This document shows positions 14,981 through 32,240 of a stretch of 64,000 nt of DNA, in pieces. How positions within the stretch are numbered: position 1 is the stretch's first letter; the number at the start of each line of letters is the position of its first letter. This DNA is from the human T2T-CHM13v2.0 reference genome, Homo sapiens, in NCBI RefSeq assembly GCF_009914755.1, contig NC_060947.1, one strand, 5' to 3'. The translations under genes were made by a program, and so were the position numbers. The notes beneath the pieces are model-generated. The model was not told the DNA's origin and did not search any database. It was given only the letters and a program-made list of their open reading frames with translations.

Positions 14981-15335
14981 CAGTGCTTCTCAAGCTGTAA
15001 TGTGCATTAGAATCACCTGAGGTTCTTGTTAAAATGCAGATTATGATGCAGTAGGTCTTGAGTGGGGGCCTGAGAGTCAACATTTTTAACCAGCTCCTAG
15101 CTGTTGCCAGTCCATAAACCACACTTTGAGTAGCAAGACCATAAATGACCCTGGGCCTACAGCAGTAGTTCTCAAACTTTTCTGCACACAATGTTCACCT
15201 GGGGATCTTTTAAAAATGCCACAGCCCAGGCCACACCTCAAATCAATTAAATTATAGTCTCTGGGGATGGGACACAGGTATATGTAGAAGCTCGCCAAGG
15301 GGTTCTAATGTTCAGACAAGTTTGAGTACCACTGG
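14981..15335. mobile_element. Two adjacent MER5-family relics
   Basis: cagtgcttctcaagctg...ccacactttgagtagca and cagtagttctcaaactt...aagtttgagtaccactg, each with MER5-type TIR-like ends. Confidence 0.65.
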
Positions 15336-16462
15336 CCTGCAGGAAAATGCTCAATAAATACACATTGATTCAGGGCATGTTTGCCTACTAGTCATGAGGG
15401 ACTAAGTTGAAGAAGTATATAATTTAGCTCTCTACCTACTTTTTAAAATGTTTGAATTTTCATCTGTGTTTATAAAAATGCTTTGCAGAAGCATAAGAAA
15501 TGATAAATTCATGTGCCTGGGATTGACTAAATCATCGACTCTTCGAATGTTGGAGCTGTAAGGGCCCCCCAAAAAATCTACTCTAACCCTCTCATTCTGC
15601 AAAGAAGGAAACTGAAGCTCAGAGGGGTGAAGTGACTTGTTATAGATCACACAGGAAACCTGTGGCAAGACAGAGATAGAATGCTTGATTACCCATCCTA
15701 TATTCTGTCAACCCCAATATTAGGGACTATATTTTTATTTAGCTCATGTTTTAAAAACTACCATTTAAATAATTAACTTGTCTTTTTTATCAGTCAATAT
15801 TTTCTACTGGCATAGAAAAAACGATGGGCTGGAAGTGACTTGGGTTATAGGCCTTGGTTTTATGATTGATTAGTTGAATGAATCTGGGCAAGTCCTTTGA
15901 TTTTTGTACTTCAATTTTCTTATCTTTAAAAAATAAATAATAATATAATTATAGGATTATAGTGTTAGAAGGGAGCTTAGAGATAATTTTTCTAAACTTT
16001 CAATTGTACAGATAAGGCTGATGAGGCTCAGAATGGATATGGCACATTTCCAAGATCACTCAACATCTTAGGCTTGGATCAGAACCTGGTCTCCTTCCAC
16101 TATAACTCACCTGCCTCTCGTCCTGTCTTAAAAGGGCAATGGATGTGATTGTACTTTGATGGGTTTAATAGTGATATAAATGAAAGCTGCTACTATTCTT
16201 CCTTATCATCATGATAGCCTAAATTCTCTACTATTTAGAAAAGCATAGGTAAGTTCAACACTCAGGGATACATGAGAGGTGTGGTAGACACAAGCATATT
16301 TCTGGGTAGTAAATTTCTTCCAAGCAACTGCCTTTTCAGTCTTTCAAGAGAAGAGAGAATGAAATTCATTATTATTAGAAATATTATCATTACAATTATA
16401 TGAAAGGTTATGTTTCTGATGCCTAAAGAAAGTTTAGAAAGACTAGGTGAGAATCTCAGTCA

Positions 16463-16726
<264 letters not shown>

Positions 16727-16959
16727 TTAAAAGCTAAGGAGCTAAAATGGAACCCTATATTCAGAACCCAAGCCCTGAACTACTTAACATATCAAGCATC
16801 CTTTGTTCTTGTCATAGCCATGGGGCTATGTTTACCGAGTAGTATCTGTGACCAAAAAACAGCTTGGGCCATATTCTACTCTCAGGAGCTTCTCCAGATT
16901 CTTCAGCAGCAGCTTCTGGATGCTTATAAATGGCCTCAGACATAGTAGGCAGTCCATAA

Positions 16960-16964
16960 ATATA

Positions 16965-17002
<38 letters not shown>
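16960..17002. repeat. (TA)n microsatellite
   Basis: Seen directly, adjoining the Alu tail. Confidence 0.97.
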
Positions 17003-18286
<1,284 letters not shown>

Positions 18287-18866
18287 ACATATATATATAT
18301 TCTCATATATATATATGAGAATAAATGAATGCATGAAAGCAGAGTTCTATCTCTAGTAGAATGTAATGTTAATATTTTCAGTTCTATAGAAAATTTGTAT
18401 GCCTCAAGTGGATGTGCTTCCAGGCATGAAAATTTCCTTGGGAGATTTGCTTTCCATGGAGGCTAGATGCAAAAATTACTGCTCTTCCCAAAGGGACAGT
18501 TTCTTCCGGATCCTGAAGCAAATCCATTCAGAATGTCAAATGCTATGAGTCTGTCTGATCCACCAACATATATAAGTATGGAGCTTAATGGTGTTCGGCA
18601 CTGTTTGGTGTAGGAAGGAAAGTGATAAGTCAAGATTGAGAGGGAAAGGACCAAGCCCTCCTGGGTAACTTGTGAAGGGATAGCCTTTTATGCCTCTAAT
18701 TTCAGGCAATTTCCTCAGTCTCCCACCTCATACTGGCTATAGATATTTGGCTACAGCTGATCACTGCTTGCTTCACAGATATCCTTTGGCAGTCTGACAT
18801 TTGTTAAGTGGGAAGTTAAGTCATTGGCCCCATGTCTTCTGAAGGACCTTAAAAGAGCAAGCATCT

Positions 18867-19238
<372 letters not shown>

Positions 19239-21288
19239 CTATGCAAATCAACACCAAATATATCTGGCTCCTACTATAAGGCATGGAGCTAGGCTCCAAG
19301 ATAACTGCACAAGGCTGCAGATGGGGAAGTCCGAGGATGAGTTATCTCCCTTTTTGAGAGTGCTGAGACATTGTGGAGATTTCAAGTCATGACTAGGACT
19401 GGGTGTGTTTCTTATTATTCCCATCACCTCATCACACCCAGGGAAACCTGTTGGCATCCCAATCAACAACATCTCTAGGGTGGGTTGTATCACTTCAGGC
19501 TGGGCTGTTGGGGAGAAATAGTCCCACTTGATGCATTTCTAGGAATTGGCTGATTTGGCTGCAAGACAATGGCCTCAGAAGGATGAATCACTGGGCTAGT
19601 TCTTTCTCATCAAGTCCACTGAGTCACATTAAGAAATAAGAATAATGTTAGCTGCCTTTTCCTGTCCTTTGCAAGAGCTGCTAGAATACTGGACACTCTA
19701 ACTGGTCAACCCACGTAAAGATTTCCAATAACCTAAACTGGAGTGGCTCACAATGTTACAATGAGACAAAATGGAGAGCTGACACCTCAACTGTGAGGTC
19801 AGGGCTGTGGACAGGATCACACAAGACAGGCCAGATGTGCTGTTCACTCTCCTGCCCTTACCTCTTTTTTTTTTTTTCTCCCCAAACAGTAACGTTCCCT
19901 TCTAGACAATGTGATCAAGTGGACACACAGTATGCTTCAAGAAAATTTAGGCTGGATTCAAGTTCAAAATGGTGGATTCCTATCATTTCTCTTATTTGAT
20001 GCTAACAAGGAGCCAAGTAGATATATCAGAGGACCACATTATTAGCAAGAGATGTAAGGAAAAGAACGATCCATGATGAGCAGGGCAGGCAGGATTCCCA
20101 GTGTTATATAGCTAGGCTCCATCTCCCCTGAACATTTGGACTAAAGGAATAGTCTAGACTGGATGAGACTCTGCAGTGGAATGGGGTGAAGTTAATTCTG
20201 GACAGGGAAACATAGCCCTCTCCTTACCCCAAAAATTATCGAGATGATTTTGAATCATCCAGCTTGGGAGTTGGGGGTGGGGACAAGTGATTCCTCAGTG
20301 AGCTATATTAGAAAGGTCAGAACAGAACTGTTGCATCCAAATCAGTGGGGGCAAATGAATAAATGTAAACCAGCTGGGGTTTTTGTAGGACATGGAGAAA
20401 ATCAAGGGATGAGCCTCTGCCCTGAAATTAAAGAGACCTTGTGGAAATTATGGGATTTAGGATTTTCAAAATCCATTTCCCTACACTTTTAAAAGGCTTT
20501 GAAATACTTTCACAGCAAATGGAATCTATTGGAGGCAATTTAGAATTGAAAATCAAGCTATCTTTACCTTTCTTCCTGATTTCATAAGCTTTTATCAGAA
20601 ATCCTTGGAACTTAAAAATAATAAAATACAAATCAAACACAGATCGATAGTAAGTATTTCCAATTCTTCTACTACATCACCATTTTCCATTAATGGTTTT
20701 ATTTCGAATGTTTTTTTAAGCCTGCAAATTTCAAAAGCAATTTAATTTTTTTATCTGTAATCTGAAATATACATCTAACTAGTAACAGATGTGATCAACT
20801 AGCTTTGGCTTGACTAGCTTTGTTGAGATTTATGGTAGGAGTTCTTTGTAACGGATTGTTTTTCACCCATGTTATTCAATCATTTGGTTTAATAATTTAT
20901 TACTTTTAACCCATTCAGAAAACTGCTTTTGATTTGTTTTCCCTTTAAACGAAACAAAACATGTTTGTGGTTTCATAAAAGGAAACAGCTGAGCCCTTGC
21001 TCCAACGAGCTGGTTGACAGGAGGCCTAAAAAAGTAAGAAGCAGTCAATTGTTTGATTGAGTTTCTCCTCCCTGACTCCTGCTACTGGTGTGTGTGGGGG
21101 TGGGGGCAGGGGGCGGGTGGAGGCCAGAAAATGCTGTGTAAGAAGACATTGGAAGCTATGGAAGTCTATGGGTGCCTGCTGTAGCCAGTTGATCAACTAA
21201 GTGGACAGCATGTCAGTCTTAACCTGATCAGTCTTCCTGGTGCTCAGCCAGGTGGTTTTGGGATTTCTCACTGGATTACTCTTTTTCC

Positions 21289-21586
21289 TTTTTAAAATTT
21301 TTAATTTAGAGATAGGGTCTTACTTTGTCCCCCAGGATGGAGTGTAATGGCACAATCATAGCTCACTGTAACCCTGAACTCCTGGGCTCAAGTGATCCTC
21401 CTGTCTTAGCCTCCCAAGTAGCTAGGACTACAGGCACTCACTACCATACTTGGCTAATATTTTTTCATTAAATTTTTTTTTGTAGAGTCTTATTATGTTG
21501 CCCAGCCTGGTTTGAACCCCTGGCCTCGAGTGATCCTCCTGCCTCGACCTCCCAAAGTGCTGTGAGGCATGAGCCACTGCACCTGG
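21289..21586 (-). mobile_element. Alu (AluJ-like)
   Basis: Reverse dimer; TSD-like ggattactc(t/g)ttt on both sides. Confidence 0.9.
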
Positions 21587-22003
21587 ATTACTCGTTTCTA
21601 AGGATAGTCTCATATGCTACACATTTAACCAGAATCTGAGTGTGGGGCTAGGAATATGTATCTTTAACGAGAGCCCCAGGGTAATCTGGGGTGCATTGAG
21701 GTGTGAGAATTGCTATTTCTAAGGTATAGATAAGAGCTTCAGTGATGTTTGGCACTGAGTACCTTTGAATGTTGGGTCCCCTACTAAAACACAGACAATC
21801 ACTCATTCTGTTAAAGACCCAAGAAATTTTCCCAAATGACCTACAATCCCCAGGGATAATTGAGAAAATACAAGAGGCTGTTTACAAAAGGGACCGGACT
21901 ATGCTCTTTTGGCTGCATTTAAGGAAGTCCAAAGAGTCTCCTGGAGTCACCTGACTATACCCACAGACTTGATGCTAAGTGAGCCACAAGTGAATATGGG
22001 CTA

Positions 22004-22330
<327 letters not shown>

Positions 22331-25284
22331 TTATATACTAGAAGTCATTCAATAATTTTGATTTATAGTGGTGAGCTCTGATTTCAGCTGCATGCTTACC
22401 TACACCAATAGAAATAGGGATGTGGTCATGTACAAGCAGCTGACATTTTTTTCATTAAAATTTTTTTTTAATGACAACTTGCCAAGGTTTATCTCTCTTC
22501 TTCTAAAAGATAGGACTAGATTTACAGGCAAACTTCTCAGGGAGAAAAGAGCCAAAAAGGCTAAAGCGTCCTTCCTGCTGCCAAGACTCTCACATTTCAG
22601 TTTAAGAGTTAAGACAGTAGTCTGCACGCAAGGCAGAATGTGAATAGAGGCTGCAGAAGAAGTAAGCAGTCCTGTGCAAATCAGAAGGAGAAAGAGAGAG
22701 CTTCTAGTTGGGGAGGGCTTGTGACCTGGGCCACGAAGGATGGGTAGACTTTTTTACAGGCAGAAGTTAAGTGGAATAGTCCAGGCAGAGGTTTACAAGT
22801 TGAGAAGGTGAAGAAGAGAACATCGAGTCCATAAAAGGGAACAGTTGCAGAATAACATTCCAAAAGTGGGTTGAAGCCAGATCATGGAAGACTTTAAATG
22901 ACAGGCTAAGGGGTGAAGACTTTATTTGGTAAGCAATAGAGGTGAGGGCATAGAAGGCTTTGAGGGATTTTTTTTTTTAAAGTTAGAGAAATAATGTAAT
23001 CAGAACTGTTTCAAAGCATTGAATCCTGATCATGCATAGGGTGAACTGGATAGGAGGAAAAGATGAGATTCGAGTATAGTCTTGATAAGATGTACTTAGA
23101 CTCTAAAGACAGGTAATGGCATAAGATCATACAATGCAGTACAAATACCCTAGGTATTTTATAGGTAGAAGAATTGATAGTACATGACAGTATTGGCATG
23201 TAAGCTCTACGAAATCAAGGACTTTTTGTTCACTGCTATATCTCCAGTGCCTAGATTTTAGTGTCAGGCATCTAGAAGGTGTTCATCAAATACTTGTTGA
23301 GTGAACAAAACTCTGGTACCTAAGAAAAGCTTAGAGTCTTGTCATACAAGTAATCTTTCAGCAAGGGTTCAACACACGTGATGACCAGACTATTGTGCTA
23401 CCCACCCCTCTCCCAGGAGCTAAAGTAGGCTGGGGGTACAAGAAGATGAAATGAATGAAGAATGGAACCTTAAGGCTTAAAGCCAAGTAAGATTAATTGT
23501 ATTTTATAGGCAATTGTTAGGGGTGAAGGAGGGGGAACCCATTAAAAAACTCTTTCACAGGCAATTGAAAAGGAAGGTCTTTATATTCAGTGACAGAAAT
23601 AGTGAGGAACCTTGGGAAGATAGTTATGGGGTCCCCTGACCATATCCCATAAAACACTGTTTAAAGTTATGGGCCACAGACAGGCATGTTGCAAATTTCA
23701 CTTTGGGAAGTATTATTGCCCTCTTGGCAGGAAGGGGCCACTGGTAGGGGAAAGGGAGAGTAAACAGGAGCTGAAGTAAGAGGACCTTTTTTAGCCTTTT
23801 GAAAGACAATGTTATTCTATCTAAGAAGAGCCTATGTTGGTGCATTGCTATCAAAATTCACACAAATAAAAATTTGCATCAGTTTGTTTTCATGCACATG
23901 GATAGGATTCTCAGTTCAAATATTTCTCATTCCCACAATGGCTCATATGTCCTTTTCTGCCATAATCACTCACATTCCACAAAGGCCATTATAGGTTGCT
24001 CTGTCCTTTTTGAAGTTTGGCAAAGTTTTGCCAAAGGAACACATAGAGGACAGTTTGGCTGGTTGGTGTCCCACTGATCCTAAAAAGAAGCAGTTGGACT
24101 GGGATAGAATTAGAGAGGGAAGGTTGTTGACCCAGGATAAGCTGCAAGTACGAGAAGTTCTCTGACTCATGATGGTGAACACAAAATGAAAAGCCATTCT
24201 TTAGCACCAACGTCTCAGACCTGGGACATATAATAATGGTAGGAAAATGATCATGATGAAAAAACAAAATCCTCAAGAATTTTGATCACAGGCCCTATTG
24301 TAGACCAGTCAGTCCCCCAGAACCTAATCTTGTTGAAGTCTTTTGTTTTACAGACAGAGAAACTGAGGCCAAGGAGGAGAGGCAGTTTACTCATGGTGAT
24401 AATGAAGATTGAGTTTTTGGAGATGGTAGGAGTGTAGGAGTAGGGGGAAGATGAATAGAAGGAGGAAGAGAAGGAGAAGAAGGAGAAAGTGGAAGAAAGA
24501 ATGTCCAATCAAACTCAGTGGTCTATAACCATTTGACTAAAAGCTGGTGCAAAGAGAAGTTCTTTCAGATACAAAAGTTCATTCAGCTACAATGTTCACA
24601 ACCACATATACCACATACTCCACTTTGGCTATACACTAAAATCACCCGGTGAGCTGTAAAAAATACTCATACCTGGGTCCCGCTCTGAGGTATCCTTATG
24701 TAAGTGGTTTGGGGGAAGGCCTGGGCATTAGGATTTTATATACTCCCCAAGAGACTCTGGTTTGAAGCCAAGGTTGGGAATCACTGACATAAAGGATTTT
24801 CTGTTTGGGGGCTGGAGTGGGTGGTGGTGGTGTGTGATTTTGATTTAAGGGTAATGGTTCTTTTAGAGTTCCTCCCCTAAACAAATGAAAGAGACTTATG
24901 AGGGGCCATTCTGACCTTGTAACTCAGAGCAAAGGAGAAAAAGGTTATTAACGCCCTGAAGTTGTAAGTGAAATTGGAGCTTATCTTAAAAATTAGCTGC
25001 AACTAGCCTGCTTGAGAGAGCGGGTCAAAACCAGTTAGAAATGACCATATAGCTATGATCTTTTATTTTGCTCAGTATTTTGGTATTTTTTGATTTACTT
25101 ACTTGAAAGACTGAAAAATATTTCAGGCTTTAGAGGTGGCTCTAAAACAGTTCTTTTCCAGTGTTGAAAAATCCCCACTATTGTAGAGGACCCCCAAGAA
25201 TTTCATGTTCTAAAGTCTAAAATATAAGAGTTTTATTGGTGTAGACAAGAAAACATCAGGGTCCAGAAAGGGCCCTCATGTTTG

Positions 25285-25420
25285 TGATACTGTACTATAG
25301 ATTTTCAAGATGTTACCATTTGGGGAAACTGGGCAAAGGGAATATGGGATCTCTCTGTATTTTCTGCTACAACTGCAAGTGAATCTATAGTTATCTCAAA
25401 ATAAAAAAAGTTTAATTTAA
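25285..25420 (+). mobile_element. Old L1 (L1MC/MD-like) 3' end
   Basis: gatgttaccatttggggaaactgggcaaagggaatatgggatctctctgta...ctcaaaataaaaaaagttt. Confidence 0.65.
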
Positions 25421-25752
25421 AAAGCGGCTTCAGAATATATTCTAATCCATACAGCCATTAAAACATTGTATCTTAATCACTACCAACCTAGGACTATCTC
25501 TGGCTGGAAGACACTTAGGCCAATTTCCTTCCCAAACCATTGTTCTGACAGTACAAATGAGACATGGATTTTTATCTGTTTCATGTCGTTTCTATCCCAA
25601 ACGCTTTCACTTTTTTTAATGGTAAATTTCAACGTAATCTACAGGGGGCAAAAATCAGGGCTTGGCTGTTGTCCAAAACAAAATTATGCATGCTTTCATG
25701 TTTTGGCTTTCTAGTCTGCACCTACTTCTTCCTCCCCACATACCACACCACT

Positions 25753-25753
<1 letters not shown>

Positions 25754-25813
<60 letters not shown>
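25754..25813. repeat. (CA)~30 microsatellite
   Basis: Seen directly. Confidence 0.98.
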
Positions 25814-25817
<4 letters not shown>

Positions 25818-27409
25818 GACACACTCCCCACCAATGGCACGAGGACCAATTCATGAGAAATTACAACTTAGAAATCAAACAAAAACTGTTTCAGGTTTTT
25901 ACAAAGGAGTCATATTTGAACCACTGGTTCCTCTTCCTGTGCACTTCATAAAACTTGCTAAGCCGATGGTTTTCAGACCACCTGGCAAAAGAAACCAGTC
26001 AGCTGTATTTCTGTTGAACAGAGGTTTTGCTGGTTCCCGGTAAATAGGAACAGTTTACGAAAAGGACAGTCTCCTGGATAAGAAATCTGTTGTTAGGGCT
26101 GCCTTTTCTTCTTGCCCTGAGGAAGTTGGGCCTGCAAAGGATATTCAGAAGGGATTCTCCTATTTTCTCATTTTAGGCTGGTCAAGAGCAAACAACAAAT
26201 TTGAAGAGTTTATCTCTGATTTGAGACAAATTCCTGTGCATTAAAATTAATGAGGAACCCCCTCCCCACTCCACCATCACACACATTTTACGCCACCTCC
26301 CACACCCATTCATTCAATGTTTATTTATTGGGTGACTACTATGTGCCAGGTATATATTTTTCCATTACTACAGATGCTATTTATTATTCAAATCATATCC
26401 CACAATATCTATCCCTTTTAGAACAAAGGGAAATATTTATTTATAATAAAGTGAAACCATATGGCCATTTTGGTCTACCAGGCACAAATGTTTGTTTCTA
26501 AAGATAGGTCTTGAACTCCTTTGAAAATCAATAACTATTTCAAGGGCCCACATTCTGTACCCGACCTTTTTTGCTACAGGAAGTACTGGATTAAGTCCAG
26601 GCCTATCACTAGGCCTGTCAATGAAGCTGAAAGATAAGGGCTGGAATTGAGGGCAGTGTAAAATGAAGTCAAGAAGAAAGGCTAATTCATGGCATTACCA
26701 GCAAGACTGCTAAGGTGGCCATAGTGCTTAGTGTGGGGGCCTCTCAGGGAATAAGTCACATAGCTTAAGGTGACTAAACTCTAAATTTGGTTTAGAATGA
26801 CATCTGGTTGACAGCCACTAATTCAGCCACTCTCAACTACCTACCACAATAAAAAATAGGGGCTGAGAAAAAGAGGAACAGACAACACAGAAAACTGAGA
26901 CTGACATCATCTCCTGTCAGGCTCTGGAAGGAATCTCACTTACTATAAAGCAGATAGAGTTGGGTGGAGAAAATCTTTCCTCAGGGTTTATATTAACCAG
27001 CAAACAGGGAAGCCTACCCTCTCTTGCAGGATGCTGATTTTTTGAGATGTCCAGAGTACTGTTCTCCAAACCCCTTTCCCCAATTCTTCTGCAACTATTC
27101 AGAAACAGCAGTGTTCAGAAAATAATACTGATAGAGAGTAAGACAAATAGAAATGGTTCCATCTCACTGCTGAAGCTTTGGGTTGGGTGTTGGCAAGCTG
27201 GGAGCATGCAAGTTAGAAGTGGCCCATGTGATGACCAGGAAGCCCAGCCTCAGCAGCACTGTGATGTTTGTATGAGTCATTCTACTGCATCCCCTATCAA
27301 CATCTTCCTCACATGCTCAATATCCTCAGGCTTGCCCTGTAATTCCCTGGACTCCTGCCTCATATTCAATCCTTGCTGAGATTTTTCTAGGGTTTTAGAA
27401 AATCAAATA

Positions 27410-27900
27410 TATTTTATTACAAAACTAATTGATGCTTATAGGAAAACATCAAATTATACAGAAAATATAAAGTAAAAAGTCAAAATCTACCTTTCCTCCT
27501 GCCCACTTCTACTCCTTTAAGATTAGCACACCTGACATGTTGGTATGTGACCTTCCAGATTGGTTTATATGCATTTATATACATGCACATACAATTTTTA
27601 CATAAAGAAGTGATAGTGTACAATTTCATTCTGCACCTTGTTTTGTTACTTAACATATCTTGGAGCTCAATTCACTTTACTACATTTAGATGTACCGTAT
27701 TCTTTTAACAACTGCACAGTGTCCCATTAATTGGATGTACACACCAAGTCCCTAGTAGACATTTAGGTTGTCTCCATTTGTTTTGTTTTTATGAAAACAA
27801 CAACGCAGTGAATGTCCTTGCATACTTTTTTTGTACAAGGATGTGATGAACACCTATTTATGTGCAATGGTCACCACTGTGCATTTTGTATGATAGATTC
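27410..27900 (-). mobile_element. Old L1 (L1ME-like) fragment
   Basis: ttctgcaccttgttttgttacttaacatatcttggagc...ttcttttaacaactgcacagtgtccc...gacatttaggttgtctcc...aacaacgcagtgaatgtccttg. Confidence 0.6.
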
Positions 27901-28483
27901 TTTGAATCGGAACATCTCCTTTTCAGATTTTAAGAAATTTGTAGTGTAAAGCTTCTTAGACATATATTTTTAGAGAGGAATGCTATTTTATAAATTCCTT
28001 CAAAATACAAAAGAACAAAAGATGCTATTACTTACATAGACAGATGCCTACTTGTGAGGCTTATTCTGAGATTAGTGCAGAGAACAGAAGGGAGACATCA
28101 CCAGGCTGAAGAGAGGAGAATCCAGACTGCTACCTTTCCTCTTTTCCAACTGTATGACTGAGAGCCTAAGGCTTGGGAAAGAGTTTATGTGGACATGTCT
28201 GAAGTACCTACCAAATCCCACCAAAAAGATGGTTGTATCCTACAACCCTACAGAAGGTCCTCACTGTTGAGGATAGGAGTGACCTAGCTTCCTTAGAGAA
28301 CACATAAAGACTTGGCAAGTCATCCTGAAAGAGTACCAACTTCTGACCTAGACAAAGGGCTGGGGCTATGGTTTCTTTGTGCACATTTCCTGCCTCCAGT
28401 TACCAATTTTACAGTGTACTTAAATGGTTTCCAGTTGGTGATGACATTAAAAACTTTGAGAAAAGGGAAGAAAAATGGTGTTA

Positions 28484-28660
<177 letters not shown>

Positions 28661-29447
28661 TTATTAAAAAGAAATAAGGAGAAAATCATACATTCATAAA
28701 AGGGAAAGTTATCACCCTTGTGACCCAGCAACATTTTTGGTACTATGATCCCAAAGTTCTTGAAGTGTTTTTGCTTTTGTGGCTGTCCTTCAAAAAGCGG
28801 CTGTGAAAGATTTCTCTGGGTGTGCCTCATTTTTCAAAACAACTCTGAAGAAAGTTGCCACTTTCTAAATAGATGTCCTAGCAACATTATGCAGAATTTG
28901 GAAAATAAAAGGAAAATAATCACTTTCCACCTAATTTAACCATCACTGTCACTTTTGCTCATTTTACTTCGTGACAGTTAAGTGTTTTGCAGGTCATAAT
29001 TCACTTCTGTTTAAACTACCATTAAAATAATGAGTTTTGAGGATTTGATCTGTCATAATTTCTTATGACACACCTTTCTCTAGGTCTACATGACCCACTC
29101 TTTGGACAGAGAACTCCTTATCATTATCTTCTAAAGTAACTGCTTATAGGAAGAATATTCTACTTTCAGCCTCTAGAGCAACAAACACACAAGAGCTGTG
29201 GATATACCTCAACTGATTAAAAAACAAGAGGATCATTTCCAAGAATATTGCCCTTGTGTTACCTCTGACCAAGCAAGCGAATGGGAAGAGCCTTGTCTTA
29301 GAGATGTTTGCATCACTTGAAATGAGTACTATTTAAATTATATATATGGCTGAAGATAAACCTAATATTCAACATATATTTTATAAGATAACCAGAAACA
29401 CAAAAAAGTGTAAGTACTAAGAATTTTCTATTCTGATTACTCTCTCA

Positions 29448-29761
<314 letters not shown>

Positions 29762-30489
29762 AAGAGTAACATGTTACCAGTTCAAGCATGTAGTAGTAGT
29801 GTTAGGGGAAATTAGGTAGTATCATAGGCTTTTAAGGGCTTGAAAACGACCTAAAAATTAGTTTGATAGCAATATTAGAATCAGGCAGTGACTTATAACA
29901 GAGTATGACTGTAAATCTTCATAATTCAAATATTATCTGATGAAAAATAATGAATTTTGAGGATTTAACTATTTGCTAGGTTAATCTTCATAAAACAGTA
30001 AAACACCACTTTGATTGTATAATCGTGTCATTCCCTGATCAAAACCCTCAGTGGGTTCCCAACCAAGACTCTCTACAATCACCCCCTACTGCCTACCCAA
30101 TGATCTCAGCTACTCTTCAATGGGAACCCTTTGAGCTACTTGCTCTTCACTGAATACTGGACTCCCATTGTTGCTTCCGTGCTGTAGCTCATGTTATTCT
30201 TCTTCTGAAATTACCTTCCATCTCCCACACCCCATAGCTCCCCCATGCCTGTGAAAACCATTTAAGTTTTCTCTCCTCTGCAAAGTCTTCTTCAAACACT
30301 CTTACATATTTCTGATTGCCTAAAAGACTAAGCATCCTGAAGTTTTAGAAGTATAGAGGACGTCAAGCATAACTTTGTCCAACTGCTCCATTTAACAGAT
30401 GAAGAAACCATGGCTGAGAGGGGAAGTAGCCATTCAGAGTCTAATAATGAGTTTGTGAGAATTAACACCAAAACTCTAGGTTACCTGGC

Positions 30490-30880
30490 TCCCAAATAGG
30501 TATGTCCATTCCATAAGAAAAGGGTTCATTACCTGTGTTACTATATCACCATCATCTATAACAGTGCCTGATACATAGTAGTCGCTCAATAAATACTTGT
30601 CAAATGATGGAACTGGGAGGCCTTCTCTGACCACCCTATCTATAGTTCCAACCCCCATCTGATATTTATGCCTGCTCTTTGCTTTTTCTCCTTAGCAGTT
30701 ATTACTATCTTATATTTCTTATATTTTATTTATTTTGTTTATTGTCTGCTTTCCCATATTAGAATCCCCCCATGACAGCAGGGATTTTTGTCTATTGTGT
30801 TTACTGATGTAACTCCAGCATCTGGGGCAGTGCTGGGCACATAGTACTTATTCAATATTTGTCGAATCAATAAATACTAA
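30490..30880 (+). mobile_element. L2 3'-end fragments
   Basis: acagtgcctgatacatagtagtcgctcaataaatacttg and gcagtgctgggcacatagtacttattcaatatttgtcgaatcaataaat. Confidence 0.6.
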
Positions 30881-30999
30881 AACACTGTACAATATTTATT
30901 ACTGTTAAATGTTTTCTGGGCCTTCCTTGTCTCCCTAGAGAGTCTGTAAATTCCTTGGAATGAGAGATTATGTCTTAGACCACCTCTGTATCTCCTAGA

Positions 31000-31190
31000 C
31001 CACTGCTTCTCAAAATGTGCTTCCTGGACTAGCAGTATCAGCATTACCTGGAAACTTGTTAGAAATGCCAAATTTCAGATCCCAACCCATACCTACTAAG
31101 TCAGAAACTCAGGATGGGGGCTGGTGATCCTGGGTTTTGACAAGCCTTCCAGGGGATTCTGATGGATGCAGGAGTTTGTGAATAACCAGG
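31000..31190. mobile_element. MER5A-like relic
   Basis: cactgcttctcaaaatgtg...cagcattacctggaaacttgttagaaatgc...acaagccttccaggggattctgatg. Confidence 0.65.
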
Positions 31191-31979
31191 CTGGAGCACT
31201 TAGCATATTGCTGCGTACACATCAGGTGCTCAATATATGTATTGAATTGAACTGCAGTAAAACATACAGAATTAAGTGCTTGGTCAATAGTATATATACT
31301 CTTTTCTGCCTGTTTTATTCCATGTCTGAGTAAAGATTGTAGACTGCAAGCTGAACTCTGTGGAAACCCTGACTGACTACTGTAAAACAAAGATGATTTC
31401 AACTATGTTTATAACTAGAAAATTATGCCCAAGAGTCAGTTAACATGCTTTGAACACTTCTTGGGTGAAGAGCCTGATACTACAGCAGAAAGAGGAGAAA
31501 ATCAGGCTGGGCTCTTGCCCTCAGGATATTTACACCCAGGTTGGAGGTGATGGGAAATCAATATAGGAAACAGCCTAAAAACACACAAAAAAAGCAAATA
31601 CAAATGAAATACACATGCTTAGGAGACACTGAATGGGATGAGTGAGCAGTCAGATGTAATCGTAGAAAGCTTCCTGAAAGAACCATTAAGTCACATTTTT
31701 AGAAGTAGATACTGCACAGCATAAACCGACAGTGATAAGGGCAGAGAGTACCTCAACCAAAGGGAGTGACATTGGCAAAGGACCAGAGCTTTGTAAACAG
31801 CAAGTCACATACTGGAGACAGCAAGCAAGGTGTGGCTTGAGTAGAAACTTCAGATATGAAAACAAGAGAAATTACGCTGGTAATTGAACTTGTAGAGAGA
31901 AAGGGAGGAGAGGGAGAGCGAAGGAGGGAGGGAGAATGACAGTGGGGTGTGTTGTTGAGGTAAATAGGGGTAGTAAATA

Positions 31980-32240
31980 ATGTGCTACTATTTGATAGCA
32001 CAATAGGGTGACTATAGTCAATAATAACTTACTTGTACATTTTAAAATAACTTAAAGAGTGTAATTGGATCATTTGTAACTTAAAAGATAAATGCTTGAG
32101 GGGATCGATACCCTATTCTCCATGATGTGTTCATTTCATATTGCATGCCTGTATCAAAACATATCATGTACCTCATAAATATATATGCCTATTATGTACC
32201 CACACAATTTTAAGAAAATAATTAAATTGTAAAAAGTAAA
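31980..32240 (+). mobile_element. L1MA-like 3' end
   Basis: atttgatagcacaatagggtgactatagtcaataataactta...ataaatgcttgaggggat...cctgtatcaaaacatatcatgtacctcataaatatata. Confidence 0.8.

Noticed and set aside
25564-26043. 159-aa ORF with HTHTHT run (similar ORFs at 2295 and 3530)
   Set aside because: (CA)n/(GT)n microsatellite translations.
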